A program made the translations under genes and the position numbers. Positions 1-9,528 of a stretch of 64,000 nucleotides of DNA are shown in pieces. How positions within the stretch are numbered: the stretch's first letter is position 1; every line of letters begins with the position of its first letter. The DNA comes from an uncultured delta proteobacterium (GTDB lineage Bacteria; Desulfobacterota; Binatia; UBA9968). The stretch is taken from NCBI GenBank assembly GCA_963771465.1, contig CAVYTU010000009.1:224001-288000 (forward strand). Reading direction: 5' to 3'. The notes under the pieces are model-generated. The model saw only the letters and a list, made by a program, of their open reading frames with translations. It searched no databases and was not told the DNA's origin.

Positions 1-655
1 CGTCGACATAAACCAACGTCACGTGCGGCTCCATCGGCATATGCTGCGCCGGCGGCGAGCTGAACCAGTCTTCGAAAACCCGGTCGGCCTCGGCGAAGGC
101 TTTGTCGACGTCGCCGGTGCGAAGTTTGAAGTGGTAACAGACATTGGACTGTTGACCGGCTTTGACATGGGCAAGATCGGCGAAAGCCTTGGCCGGCCGA
201 TGCTGCTCATGCACGAGGGTCGCTCCAGCCTTCGCCGCTTCAATCACGTCATGCACCGCGGGCAGCGGTTCGTAGTCGACCTCGACAAGCTGGAGCGCGT
301 CTTCCGCGGTGCGTCGATCGACCGCCGCCACCGCGACTACGGAATCGCCGATGTAGCAAACCCTTTCCACAGCGAGAATCGGCTGATCGCGAAATGCCGG
401 GCCGAAATGCGGATCGATGCCCGGCATCTTGGCGATGTCAGCACCCGTCAATACGACGGCCACGCCTTCCAGCGCCTCGGCCTTGGATTTCTCGATGCGG
501 GTAATTCGCGCGTGGGCATAGGGACTTCGCAACACGGCGACATGGAGCATTCCCGGCATCTCGATGTTGCCGACGTGCAATGCCCGGCCGGTTACTTTTG
601 GGTTCGCATCCGTGCGATAAACCGATTGTCCTACCACCGAGTAGTTCGCCATCAT
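1..655 (-). CDS. Xanthine dehydrogenase family molybdopterin-binding subunit (5' part, runs off window)
   Basis: Manual minus-strand translation from ATG 655 gives MMANYSVVGQSVYRTDANPKVTGRALHVGNIEMPGMLHVAVLRSPYAHARI, the typical N-terminus of this family. Not in the ORF track because it is open at the edge. Confidence 0.9.
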   Translation of the reverse strand, partial: MMANYSVVGQSVYRTDANPKVTGRALHVGNIEMPGMLHVAVLRSPYAHARITRIEKSKAEALEGVAVVLTGADIAKMPGIDPHFGPAFRDQPILAVERVCYIGDSVVAVAAVDRRTAEDALQLVEVDYEPLPAVHDVIEAAKAGATLVHEQHRPAKAFADLAHVKAGQQSNVCYHFKLRTGDVDKAFAEADRVFEDWFSSPPAQHMPMEPHVTLVYVD

Positions 656-793
656 GACCTCGTCCGTTTAATTCCCCTTCTCATACCGTGTTTTCTGCGG
701 ATTGGAAAGAATTGGCGCAAACCGGCCGATTGCCGATAACAGAGACATGAACGCATGGCGAATCCGTACCGTCGGAGGCAACTAACTTTGGGG

Positions 794-824
794 TTGACAT
801 CTTTTTTTTCGTGTTCGATAAATT
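794..824 (+). promoter_or_regulatory. Possible sigma70 promoter for the DUF1326 operon
   Basis: TTGACA at 794-799, followed by an AT-rich GATAAATT about 17-19 bp downstream. Confidence 0.35.
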
Positions 825-935
825 ACCGGTCGACACGTCCTTCAACTTTGCGCAGGCACCGCGGACACGAAACCAGAGATATGTTCCGAAATGTTTACAG
901 TGATCGCTGAATGATCACTAAGAAAGGGAGTAGCT

Positions 936-1538
936 ATGGCTTACAAACTTGAAGGCAGCCTTTTGGAAGTCTGCAATTGTGAAGTGCTGTGTCCCTGCTG
1001 GGTCGGTATGGACCCGGATAGGGGGACTTGCGATACAGCGCTGGCGCACCATTACGAAAAAGGTGAAATCGACGGTGTCGATGTGTCGGGGCTCACCATG
1101 GCGTTCACCGCGCATGTTCCCGGAAACATCTTGAAAGGCAACTGGCGTGTGGTGGTGCACATCGATGAGCGCGCCACGAAGGCACAGGAAGAGGCACTGC
1201 TGACAGTCTATACCGGCAAACAAGGCGGTCCCGTGGCCGATCTGGTAAAATTGATTGGCGAAGTGGTTTCCGTGGAGCGCTCGCCGATCACGTTTGAAGT
1301 TTCGCAAGGCAAAGGAATCTTGCGCATCGGCAGCGTCGCTGACTGTGAGATGGAACCTTTTCGCGGTCCCAACGGCGAGGTGACAACGCTGCGTGATTCG
1401 ATTTTTACGACCATTCCCGGTTCGCCGGCCTATGTGGCCAGGGCAACGAAGTACAGGATGAACAACCCTGCGCTGGGACAAAACATCGACCTCAAAGATC
1501 ACAACGCCATACAGGGCAATTTCATTTTTCAGAGCTAG
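936..1538 (+). CDS. DUF1326 family putative metal-binding protein
   Basis: ExCNCxxxCPC motif; RBS GGGAG; lies before a DUF2182-like gene. Confidence 0.85.
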   Translation: MAYKLEGSLLEVCNCEVLCPCWVGMDPDRGTCDTALAHHYEKGEIDGVDVSGLTMAFTAHVPGNILKGNWRVVVHIDERATKAQEEALLTVYTGKQGGPVADLVKLIGEVVSVERSPITFEVSQGKGILRIGSVADCEMEPFRGPNGEVTTLRDSIFTTIPGSPAYVARATKYRMNNPALGQNIDLKDHNAIQGNFIFQS

Positions 1539-1584
1539 ATTCTCCTGCGCGCGGATGTGAGGGCGAACGTAGTAACTGAACGCC

Positions 1585-2336
1585 ATGGCCGACCGAAGAG
1601 CTTTCCTAGGGTTGATGGCTTCACTGGTCGGCTTGGCATGGTGCGCTCTATGGATCTGGGATCGCTCGCCTTATGGCCGCTACCTTAGTCATCAACAACT
1701 TGGCGAGATCGACGCCGGGTCTTTCCTTCTTCCCGATAACGCTCTACCTGATCGGTTGGACGCTGATGACCGTGGCCATGATGTTGCCGACGACGCTGCC
1801 GCTGCTCGAAATCTTCCGTCGCTTGACGGTGCGGCGCCAGGATCGGTCCCAGCTTCTGGCGCTGCTGGTTGCGGGTTATCTTGGCGTCTGGCTGGGGTTC
1901 GGTATTGCCGCCCACGGAGCTGATTGGCTGTTGCATGAAATCGTCGAGCGCAGTTCCTGGCTTGAAGCGAACGCGTGGCTTGATCGGCGCGGCGACGCTG
2001 CTCTTGGCCGGCGGCTTTCAATTTAGCCGCTTGAAGTACCGTTGCCTGGAGAAGTGCCGTGCGCCGTTGAGTTTCGTCACCGAGTACTGGCGCGGCCGCC
2101 ATGAGCGGCGCAACGCATTTTTGTTGGGTATCAATCACGGCCTCTTTTGCGTCGGCTGCTGCTGGGCGTTGATGCTCTTGATGTTCGCCGTCGGGGTCGG
2201 CAATGTCGCCTGGATGTTGACGCTCGGCGGCTTGATGGCCGCGGAGAAGAATCTGCCCTGGGGCGGCAAACTGAGCGCGCCGCTGGGTGTCGCTTTGCTC
2301 GGCTGGGGCGGGCTGATTTTGCTGCGTCACTCTTGA
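1585..2336 (+). pseudogene. DUF2182 family metal-binding integral membrane protein, split by two frameshifts (pseudogene or assembly error)
   Basis: Motifs WTLMTVAMMLP, KYRCLEKCRAP and CVGCCWALM are spread over overlapping ORFs in different frames (1585, 1673, 1869). Confidence 0.8.
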
Positions 2337-2375
2337 GCAGCGCCACAGCGAAAATCCAGTGAGAGGTTGGCCGAG

Positions 2376-3488
2376 ATGGAAGCAAAAAGCGCGAACAAAT
2401 ATTTTCCAACTGTCGGCGACGGCAGCGGGCTGGCTCAAACCGATGCGCTTTATCAAGAAGAGTTGCAGTTGGCGCTGCGCAATCGCGGCATGCCTCTGGA
2501 GGCACTGCGCTATCCGATCACACCGACCGGTCTGCACTACCTGCTGATCCACTATGACATACCGGAAGTAAACGCCGAAAAATGGCGCCTAAAAATCGCC
2601 GGGCGGGTCGCCAAACCGCTTGATCTAACTCTCGAGGAAATCAAAAAGCGGCCGCGCCGATCCATCCCCGTCACCATGGAATGCGCCGGCAACGGCCGAG
2701 CGCTATTCGCGCCGCGGCGCATAAGCCAACCCTGGCTTCTCGAAGCCATCGGCACCGCCGAGTGGACGGGCACGCCGCTTCGAAGCATCCTGCAGGATGC
2801 CGGCGTCAGCGCCGATGCCGCGGAGATTGTTTTTACCGGCCTGGATCAAGGAGTCGAAGGCGACCAGATTCAATTCTACCAGCGCAGTCTAACCGTCGAC
2901 GAAGCGACGAGGGACGAAGTCTTGCTGGTCTATGAGATGAATGGCGAACCGCTGCCGCCGCAACACGGCTATCCGCTGCGCCTGTTGATGCCGGGATGGT
3001 ATGGCATGGCGAGCGTGAAATGGCTCGATCGCATCGAAGCTGTTGCAGAGCCGTTTCAAGGCTATCAAATGGCGCGCGCCTATCGTTACGCGCAGACAGC
3101 GGACGGTCCGGGTGAAGCCGTCAACTTGATAAGAGCGCGGGCGCTGATGATTCCTCCCGGCATTCCAGACTTCATGAGCCGCAATCGGCTGGTCGACGCC
3201 GGCTCTGTTACTCTCACGGGTAAAGCGTGGGCCGGGCGAGTCGGCGTGTCGCGTGTCGAGGTTAGCGTCGACGGCGGCTCGACTTGGTCCGAGGCCCAAC
3301 TGGGCGAGTCCCAATCACCGTACGCATGGAAAAGTTGGACGTTCGTATGGAATGCCACACCGGGCGCATACGTGCTGTATGTCCGCGCCAGCGATGCCGA
3401 CGGCAATGTGCAGCCGGTCGATCAGCAATGGAACTTCGGCGGCTACGGCAACAACGGCGTGCAGCGCGTGAATGTCCTCGTGCGGTGA
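2376..3488 (+). CDS. Sulfite oxidase family molybdopterin oxidoreductase
   Basis: MECAGNGR Mo-ligating Cys motif, HGYPLRLLMPGWYGMASVKW, C-terminal dimerisation domain. Confidence 0.92.
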   Translation: MEAKSANKYFPTVGDGSGLAQTDALYQEELQLALRNRGMPLEALRYPITPTGLHYLLIHYDIPEVNAEKWRLKIAGRVAKPLDLTLEEIKKRPRRSIPVTMECAGNGRALFAPRRISQPWLLEAIGTAEWTGTPLRSILQDAGVSADAAEIVFTGLDQGVEGDQIQFYQRSLTVDEATRDEVLLVYEMNGEPLPPQHGYPLRLLMPGWYGMASVKWLDRIEAVAEPFQGYQMARAYRYAQTADGPGEAVNLIRARALMIPPGIPDFMSRNRLVDAGSVTLTGKAWAGRVGVSRVEVSVDGGSTWSEAQLGESQSPYAWKSWTFVWNATPGAYVLYVRASDADGNVQPVDQQWNFGGYGNNGVQRVNVLVR

Positions 3489-3676
3489 AATCTTTTTTAC
3501 GTCCCGCAACGATGCGCCGCGCGAGCGATGCAAGGCCTTAACATTCCCGCAAGATCGCAATTTTCACTAAACGCTCGGGCGATTCAGCACTCGCTGGCTC
3601 GAATATATTCGCGTCACAGAAAAAGTATTTTTAATTTTCCTATACAGATGACTTATGCCGATGATAAAATCAGCGA

Positions 3677-4180
3677 ATGAAAAATTTTAAACTGTTGCTG
3701 TCTTGTCGGCTTTTCCTCGCTGTAGTTGTGGCTACGTTGTTCGCGTCAGGAGTCGCGGAGGCCCAATCCGCCGTTCCCTTTAAAGCCACCATTGCTATAA
3801 CTGAATCGATTCAACTTACTGGTACCGCCCGCATGTTTTCTAGTAGGTGACATTTCAGGAACAGGGCTGGCAACGCACCTGGGTAAGGTAACGCTCGATT
3901 CAAGCGATTGCATCAATCCGATAAGCGAGACGGCGTTTTCGTTCTCTTCAGATCAACTTGTCCTCACCGTCGTCGCAAACGGAGACCAAATCTTCGCGAC
4001 CTACGGTGGGATCCTTACGATCGAAGGTACGGTTGGAGTAATTACTGGCGGCTATAAGATTGATTGGGGGAACCGGACGCTATTTACACGCGAGTGGCGT
4101 GGGGACCGTGCAGGGAGTGGAAGACTACTGAGCACTGGCCAAAAGGAAGCGTGCAGCTAACTGGCACTATTTCGTACTAA
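3677..4180 (+). pseudogene. Secreted beta-rich hypothetical protein with about 3 frameshifts
   Basis: Manual translation: signal peptide MKNFKLLL...AEA, then QSAVPFKATI...GTGLATHLGK...ANGDQIFATY...GGTGRY...LTGTISY*, across frames. Confidence 0.65.
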
Positions 4181-4294
4181 AGTATAGCACGGCATCTGGC
4201 GCTCACAGCGAAAAGCGATAAGAAAATCAGTACTGCTCTCGTTTCGCGCCCCTTACGATATTTTCCTGATCATACTTTCCATTGCGCAGCGGCA

Positions 4295-5191
4295 TTATGT
4301 GGAGCGCGCAATCTCTGGCGCGGTCGAAAACGGTAGCGGCAGCGGCGAGCGCACGTGCAGATCGCGCTGCGGGAATGGAATTTCCACGCCGTTCTGACGG
4401 AACTTTTGCACGATCGCGCAGTTGATGTCCGAGTGCACTTCGGGATGGCGGCGCGGGTGAGCGAGCCAAACCCTAAGACGCATGTTCCACGCCGAGTCGC
4501 CGAACCCCCGATGCAGGACGTCAGGAGCCGGTTTCCTTAGCACTTCCGGATGTTCTGCTGCGACTTCCTTCAAGCAACGAATTACGATCTCCAGGTCGGA
4601 CTCGTAGGACACGCCCACGTCGATGTCCAGCCTCACTGTTTCGTCGCCGTAGGACCAGTTCTCCAGCTTCGAGGAAACAAACTCTGAATTCGGCACGATG
4701 ACGGCGATATTTTTCATCGTGCGAATCGTCGTCGAGCGCATATTTATTTCCACGACGTCTCCCTCCTGGTCTCCGACCATGATTCTGTCACCGATCTTGA
4801 TCGGCCGCTCGAGAAGTAGGATAAGGCCGGCAACGAAGTTGGAGGTGATATTTTGTAATCCAAAACCGATGCCGACGGACAAAAAGCCGACAATGATCGC
4901 TAAACCCGTGAGATCGATGCCGATGAATTGAAACGCCACCACGGCGCCGATGATCATAATCAGATAATGGGTGATGCGGGTGAGCGTGTATTGCATGCCC
5001 TCGTCGATGCTCAGCCGAGAAAACAGTTGCGCTCTCAGCACCCGCTGCAACAGACGCGACGTCACGGCGAAGACCGCAATGAAAATGAGAAACATGAAAA
5101 CCGAGGAAGGCGTGATCGCGGTTTGGTTGATCTCAAAGAGCTTGAAGTTCATGAAGGACTGAACCATCTCGATTACGTCTGATAGCTTCAT
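4295..5191 (-). CDS. Small-conductance mechanosensitive channel (MscS family)
   Basis: GIGFGLQNITSNFVAGLILLLERPIKIGD and GVEIPFPQRDLH motifs. Confidence 0.93.
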   Translation of the reverse strand: MKLSDVIEMVQSFMNFKLFEINQTAITPSSVFMFLIFIAVFAVTSRLLQRVLRAQLFSRLSIDEGMQYTLTRITHYLIMIIGAVVAFQFIGIDLTGLAIIVGFLSVGIGFGLQNITSNFVAGLILLLERPIKIGDRIMVGDQEGDVVEINMRSTTIRTMKNIAVIVPNSEFVSSKLENWSYGDETVRLDIDVGVSYESDLEIVIRCLKEVAAEHPEVLRKPAPDVLHRGFGDSAWNMRLRVWLAHPRRHPEVHSDINCAIVQKFRQNGVEIPFPQRDLHVRSPLPLPFSTAPEIARST

Positions 5192-5398
5192 ACTTTGATC
5201 CCCTTTCCCGATCTCATACGACCTGGCTCGATTGTACTCTCAGGCACGGGAGCTCCGAAAGAACCCCGGTAATCCAAGTTTGAATCGATTTCTGCAGGCG
5301 GGAGCCAAGCCAGCAATGGGGAGATTGAAGGTCGAATTAGGTCGGTCGAATTGGAATCGTGCCTGAGGTTAACTTATACTGGTTCAGACACAACCGTG

Positions 5399-6331
5399 TC
5401 ACACTTTCGGAAACACATCCTTGGCCATCCACTCCATGCGCTCCAGCGTTGCCGCCGAACTGGGCTGGCGCACGTCGAAGATCATCGTGCCGACGCCGGC
5501 GCTCTCGTAGTCGCGGATGTCGGCGGCGATTTCTTCCGCGCCGCCCATGAAGCGACGGCGTCGGTCGGCGATCTTTTTCTCTTTGTCGAACAGCGAACCT
5601 TTGAGGGCGACATGGATCGATTTGGGATCGCGGCCGGCTTTGATTGCATATTCGGCAAGCACAGCCAAGTCCTTCTTTACGTCTTCCGGTTCCAGCGGAA
5701 TCGTCGGCACGCCGCCAATGGGATGCCAACCGTCGCCGAGTTGGCCGGCGCGCTTGAGCGCCGCTTTGCTATGGCCGCCGATCCAGATGGGAATCGACTT
5801 TTGCACCGGCTTGGGTAAAAAGATCAGATTGGAAAAATTGCAAAATTTACCGTGGAAGGTCGGCTTGTCGCTGGTCCATAATTCGCGAAAGGCGCGGATG
5901 TATTCGTCGGTCACACGACCACGCTCGGCGTATTCGGGCGCTTGAAGATTTTCGAACTCTTCTTTCATCCAACCGACGCCAACCCCAACGATCACCCGCC
6001 CGCCCGAAAGCACGTCCAAGCTGGCGAGCATCTTGGCGGTGACGATCGGATTGCGATAGGGCAAAATCATCACACTGGTGGCAAAGCGAATCCGCTTGGT
6101 CGCCCCGGCGAGAAAACCCATCGTCATGAGCGTTTCGAGATGATAACCCGTGCCCGGATACTTGCCGTCGACAGTGTATGGATACGGGACGGAGATGTCG
6201 GTCGGCACGATGACGTGATCGGCGACCGTCAGCAGACTGAAGCCCAACGCTTCGGCTTGCTGGGCAAAACGAACCAACTCTTCTGGTTTTACCGTGGCGC
6301 TCGACGCCGGAAGATGTAAACCGTACTGCAT
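5399..6331 (-). CDS. LLM-class (putative F420-dependent) oxidoreductase
   Basis: ADH, LDVLSGGRVIVGVGVGW and PKPVQKSIPIWIGG motifs. Confidence 0.9.
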   Translation of the reverse strand: MQYGLHLPASSATVKPEELVRFAQQAEALGFSLLTVADHVIVPTDISVPYPYTVDGKYPGTGYHLETLMTMGFLAGATKRIRFATSVMILPYRNPIVTAKMLASLDVLSGGRVIVGVGVGWMKEEFENLQAPEYAERGRVTDEYIRAFRELWTSDKPTFHGKFCNFSNLIFLPKPVQKSIPIWIGGHSKAALKRAGQLGDGWHPIGGVPTIPLEPEDVKKDLAVLAEYAIKAGRDPKSIHVALKGSLFDKEKKIADRRRRFMGGAEEIAADIRDYESAGVGTMIFDVRQPSSAATLERMEWMAKDVFPKV

Positions 6332-6336
6332 GATGA

Positions 6337-6906
6337 CTAACCCGCCTGTGCCAAAAACTTTTGTGAACTTTGTTCTAGCGTGATCGCATCGCCGGTGCGA
6401 ATGATGCCGTCGCTCACAACTGCGGCTTTGAGGCCGCTGCGATGCTCCAGAGCTTTGAAGATGCTCGGCAGCTTGGTCACGGCGACCAGATGGCCGCAGG
6501 GCTCGAACAGGCGGATGCCGCGCATGCGCACGTTGCCGACAGTGAATTCTTGCCCAAGCAGCTCGATGAGCGGCACGCCACGGGTGACAATATTGCGCCG
6601 GGTCAGAATGCCGATAGCGCTGACATCGATCTCCTGGGCGGCAAGCTCCAAAACCTCATCCTCGATGAGACTTACTGCTTTGTCGGATCGCTTTACCGCA
6701 TCCCAGGAGTCGCGAAAGAATCGATCACCCTCCAAACCGCGATCCGCGAATGCTCGCACAGTGGAGACCGAAACCATCGCTTGCGCAGATTGAGGCGTGA
6801 TGAAGATCTCCTTAACGCTCCCCTGCCAAGCCGCGCTCGTCGGTTGATAACCGCGCCACAACTCGGGCGGCATCTCTTCGGGCATCGGTCGGATCGCTTG
6901 CGTCAT
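6337..6906 (-). CDS. MOSC domain protein
   Basis: GLEGDRF, RRNIVTRG, EPC and GIIRTGD motifs. Confidence 0.85.
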   Translation of the reverse strand: MTQAIRPMPEEMPPELWRGYQPTSAAWQGSVKEIFITPQSAQAMVSVSTVRAFADRGLEGDRFFRDSWDAVKRSDKAVSLIEDEVLELAAQEIDVSAIGILTRRNIVTRGVPLIELLGQEFTVGNVRMRGIRLFEPCGHLVAVTKLPSIFKALEHRSGLKAAVVSDGIIRTGDAITLEQSSQKFLAQAG

Positions 6907-6926
6907 ATTGCCTCCCCGAAACGACA

Positions 6927-6952
6927 CCGGCCACTGATTTCTCAGTGGCCGG
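6927..6952. terminator. Intergenic GC-rich hairpin (terminator or mRNA stabiliser)
   Basis: CCGGCCACTGA-tttc-TCAGTGGCCGG, a perfect 11-bp stem with no clear U-tract. Confidence 0.45.
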
Positions 6953-6984
6953 CGCTTACTAACATGGGCGGGTTGAAATAAAAC

Positions 6985-7467
6985 TTATCCGGCCGAGTCG
7001 GCGAAAAATCGGCTATCTTCGATCGGCTCGACGGTCTTGTTCTCCTCGGAGGAGGCGATTAATGGTTTGCCATCCGGACGAACGCGCATCTCCACGCCGC
7101 CCTGGGGCTTGCCCTTGATGCCCGAGCCGACGCGAATCACAACCAAATTTTCCGGGCCGGTGTTCAAGTAGCGGTAATACGCGCCCCTGGGAATCATCAC
7201 GCCCTGGTGTTTTTCAACTTTGATCTCATTGCCCTTTTCATCGAAGACGCTCATCTGGCCTTCGAGCACGATGAAGGAATGATCTTCATCGAGATGGGTA
7301 TGAATCTCATTCTCGCCGCCTTCGTAATTGATCTTGGTGTGGATCCACATGTTCTCGGTCTCCGCGACGAGCTGGGTGACTCTCCCCTGCTTCATATACG
7401 GCGTCCTAAGGGAGAATTTTTGCGTGCGCGGTTTTTCCGTCGGATCGATCTTCTTTGCGGGTTGCAT
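6985..7467 (-). CDS. Cupin domain protein
   Basis: HTHLDEDHSFIVLEG cupin motif; RBS AAAGGA. Confidence 0.85.
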   Translation of the reverse strand: MQPAKKIDPTEKPRTQKFSLRTPYMKQGRVTQLVAETENMWIHTKINYEGGENEIHTHLDEDHSFIVLEGQMSVFDEKGNEIKVEKHQGVMIPRGAYYRYLNTGPENLVVIRVGSGIKGKPQGGVEMRVRPDGKPLIASSEENKTVEPIEDSRFFADSAG

Positions 7468-7496
7468 GCCTATTCCTTTCAATGGTGCTCAAGTTT

Positions 7497-8558
7497 TTAG
7501 TTATTAATCCCGTCGACCTTGATGTGGTAGAGATCGAGGACGTTTTGCCGAACGACTTTGTCGATCACCGGCTTCGGCAAGTGGCCTAATTCATCGGCGA
7601 TCACTTGGCGCGAGTGCGGCCAGGTCGACGCGGCGTGCGGATAGTCGCTCGACCACATGAAATTATCTTCGCCGAACCAATCCATCATCCGACCGCCGCA
7701 GGGGTCGCTAAAGAAAGTCGCGAACACCTGATCCTTGACGTATTCGCTGGGCAGCTTTTTCATGTAAGGCAGCGGCGCCTTGGGGCTATGGCGAACAAAA
7801 TACTTGTCCCACTCGTGACAATGGAAAGGAATCCAGGCGACTTCGTTTTCGACGTAGACGATCTTCAGCTTGGGATGCTTCGCGATGGCGCCGCCGAATA
7901 CGAGATCGAACAGTGTGTTCGCCGCATCGGCGAGTTTTTGGTTGACGGTCATCTTGTAGGTGTCCAAGCCCTTGCGGTCGAAGCGGCTGTAATTGAAACC
8001 GGTCAAGATATGCACGTTGACCGGCATGTCGAGTTCAGACGCCGCTTCCCAGAACGGATAGTAGTATTCACTGGTAAACGGCAGATTGTCCGGCGGCACC
8101 TGCCAGATCATGCAGCCGATCATGCCGTTCTTTTTGCAGCGTTCGAGTTCTTTGATCGCGTTGGGAATGCTGTACATGGAAATATTAGGAATGCCGAAGA
8201 GTCGGCCCGGCGCGGCTTTGCAATATTCCATCATCCAATCGTTGGCGATTTGAAAACAGGCTTCCTGCAGCTCGGCGTCTTCCAGGGCGAAAAGTCGCAA
8301 CCCGAACGTCGCGTACAACACCTCGGCGCTGACGCCATCGACAGCCATTTCATCCAAACGGGCCGTGGGGTCTTGCCCCCCAGGTTTTTCACCGGCCGAA
8401 TTGCGCGGTGGAAATTTCGGAAACTTGGCGCGCAGACTCGGGGTGAGATTTTTTTCCCAAAGGTCGGGCGGCTCCATGATATGTGAATCCGACGAGACGA
8501 TTTTATCTTTCCCCAATACTTGTTCCGCGGTGCGTTTCACCGCAGTCGCTGTGGTCAT
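7497..8558 (-). CDS. Amidohydrolase family protein (Amidohydro_2-like)
   Basis: SSDSH and MWSSDYPH motifs. Confidence 0.9.
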   Translation of the reverse strand: MTTATAVKRTAEQVLGKDKIVSSDSHIMEPPDLWEKNLTPSLRAKFPKFPPRNSAGEKPGGQDPTARLDEMAVDGVSAEVLYATFGLRLFALEDAELQEACFQIANDWMMEYCKAAPGRLFGIPNISMYSIPNAIKELERCKKNGMIGCMIWQVPPDNLPFTSEYYYPFWEAASELDMPVNVHILTGFNYSRFDRKGLDTYKMTVNQKLADAANTLFDLVFGGAIAKHPKLKIVYVENEVAWIPFHCHEWDKYFVRHSPKAPLPYMKKLPSEYVKDQVFATFFSDPCGGRMMDWFGEDNFMWSSDYPHAASTWPHSRQVIADELGHLPKPVIDKVVRQNVLDLYHIKVDGINN

Positions 8559-8679
8559 AGGCTCTTCCCTCCTGAGTACTTAATATTCCACAGCAATATG
8601 CCTTTTTGCCGGGTTTGTCCAGGCCGCATCGGAGTCTTATCGAATTGGACATTCAGGGACGCATACGCTAAATCATCTC

Positions 8680-9525
8680 ATGGCCATGACTTTTCTCACG
8701 CGACCGATTTGGTTTTTATTTCTCCTTGCGTTTCTGGTTTTGCCCACCGTGATCATCGCGGCTGAGGCGCAAAACGCCTTTAACCAAGGCGTTAAGCTGT
8801 ATAAGGCAGCGAAATACAAAGACGCCATCGCGGCCTTCAACCGCGCGCTTAAGGCCGCGCCAAAGTCCGATGAAATCTACAACAACCGCGGCTTGGCCTA
8901 TTTCAAAATGGGTCAGCATGAGAGCGCGATCAAAGACTACGACGAAGCGCTCAAGCTCAATCCCAAGATGACGGAAGCTTATTTCAATCGGGGCAACGCC
9001 CATATGGCGCAGAATCTTCACGAGCGCGCGCTCAAAGATTTTGACGAGGTGATCAAACACGATGCCAACGCGCCGCTGGCACATCGGCAACGGGGCCTCG
9101 CCTACATCGCTTTAAAACAATTCGACAAAGCGATCGGAGATTTCAATCAAGCGCAGAAGTTGGACGCTAAAGACGTGGAGATTTACTATAACCGCGGCTT
9201 GGCTTACCGACGACTCGGCAAGAACGAGCTGGCGATCCAAGATTATTCCGAAGCGATCAAGCTCGAGCCGAAGAACGCCGAGTCGTACAATAATCGCGCC
9301 AACGCTTACTCGCTGCTCGGCAAGTACGAGGACGCCGCCAAAGACTACGATGAAGCGATCAAGCTCGATGGCAAAAGCGCCAAGATCTACGCCAACCGCG
9401 GTGTGATCCGTTCGCGCCTGGGTAAGACCGACGATGCCCAAAAAGATTTCAAGAAAGCGCTCGAGCTCGACCCGGCGCTCAAAGACAGGATCGAGCCGCT
9501 GATAACACCATCAAAAGGAAAATAA
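8680..9525 (+). CDS. Secreted tetratricopeptide repeat protein
   Basis: Signal peptide followed by tandem 34-aa repeats YxNRG...A..DY..A..L.P. Confidence 0.9.
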   Translation: MAMTFLTRPIWFLFLLAFLVLPTVIIAAEAQNAFNQGVKLYKAAKYKDAIAAFNRALKAAPKSDEIYNNRGLAYFKMGQHESAIKDYDEALKLNPKMTEAYFNRGNAHMAQNLHERALKDFDEVIKHDANAPLAHRQRGLAYIALKQFDKAIGDFNQAQKLDAKDVEIYYNRGLAYRRLGKNELAIQDYSEAIKLEPKNAESYNNRANAYSLLGKYEDAAKDYDEAIKLDGKSAKIYANRGVIRSRLGKTDDAQKDFKKALELDPALKDRIEPLITPSKGK

Positions 9526-9528
9526 TCC

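Noticed and set aside
23-739. 238-aa plus-strand ORF
   Set aside because: Antisense shadow of the minus-strand xanthine dehydrogenase-family gene
7605-8486. Long antisense ORFs (also 1692-2552, 42813-43784, 56874-57650)
   Set aside because: Shadows of well-supported genes, as expected in GC-rich DNA
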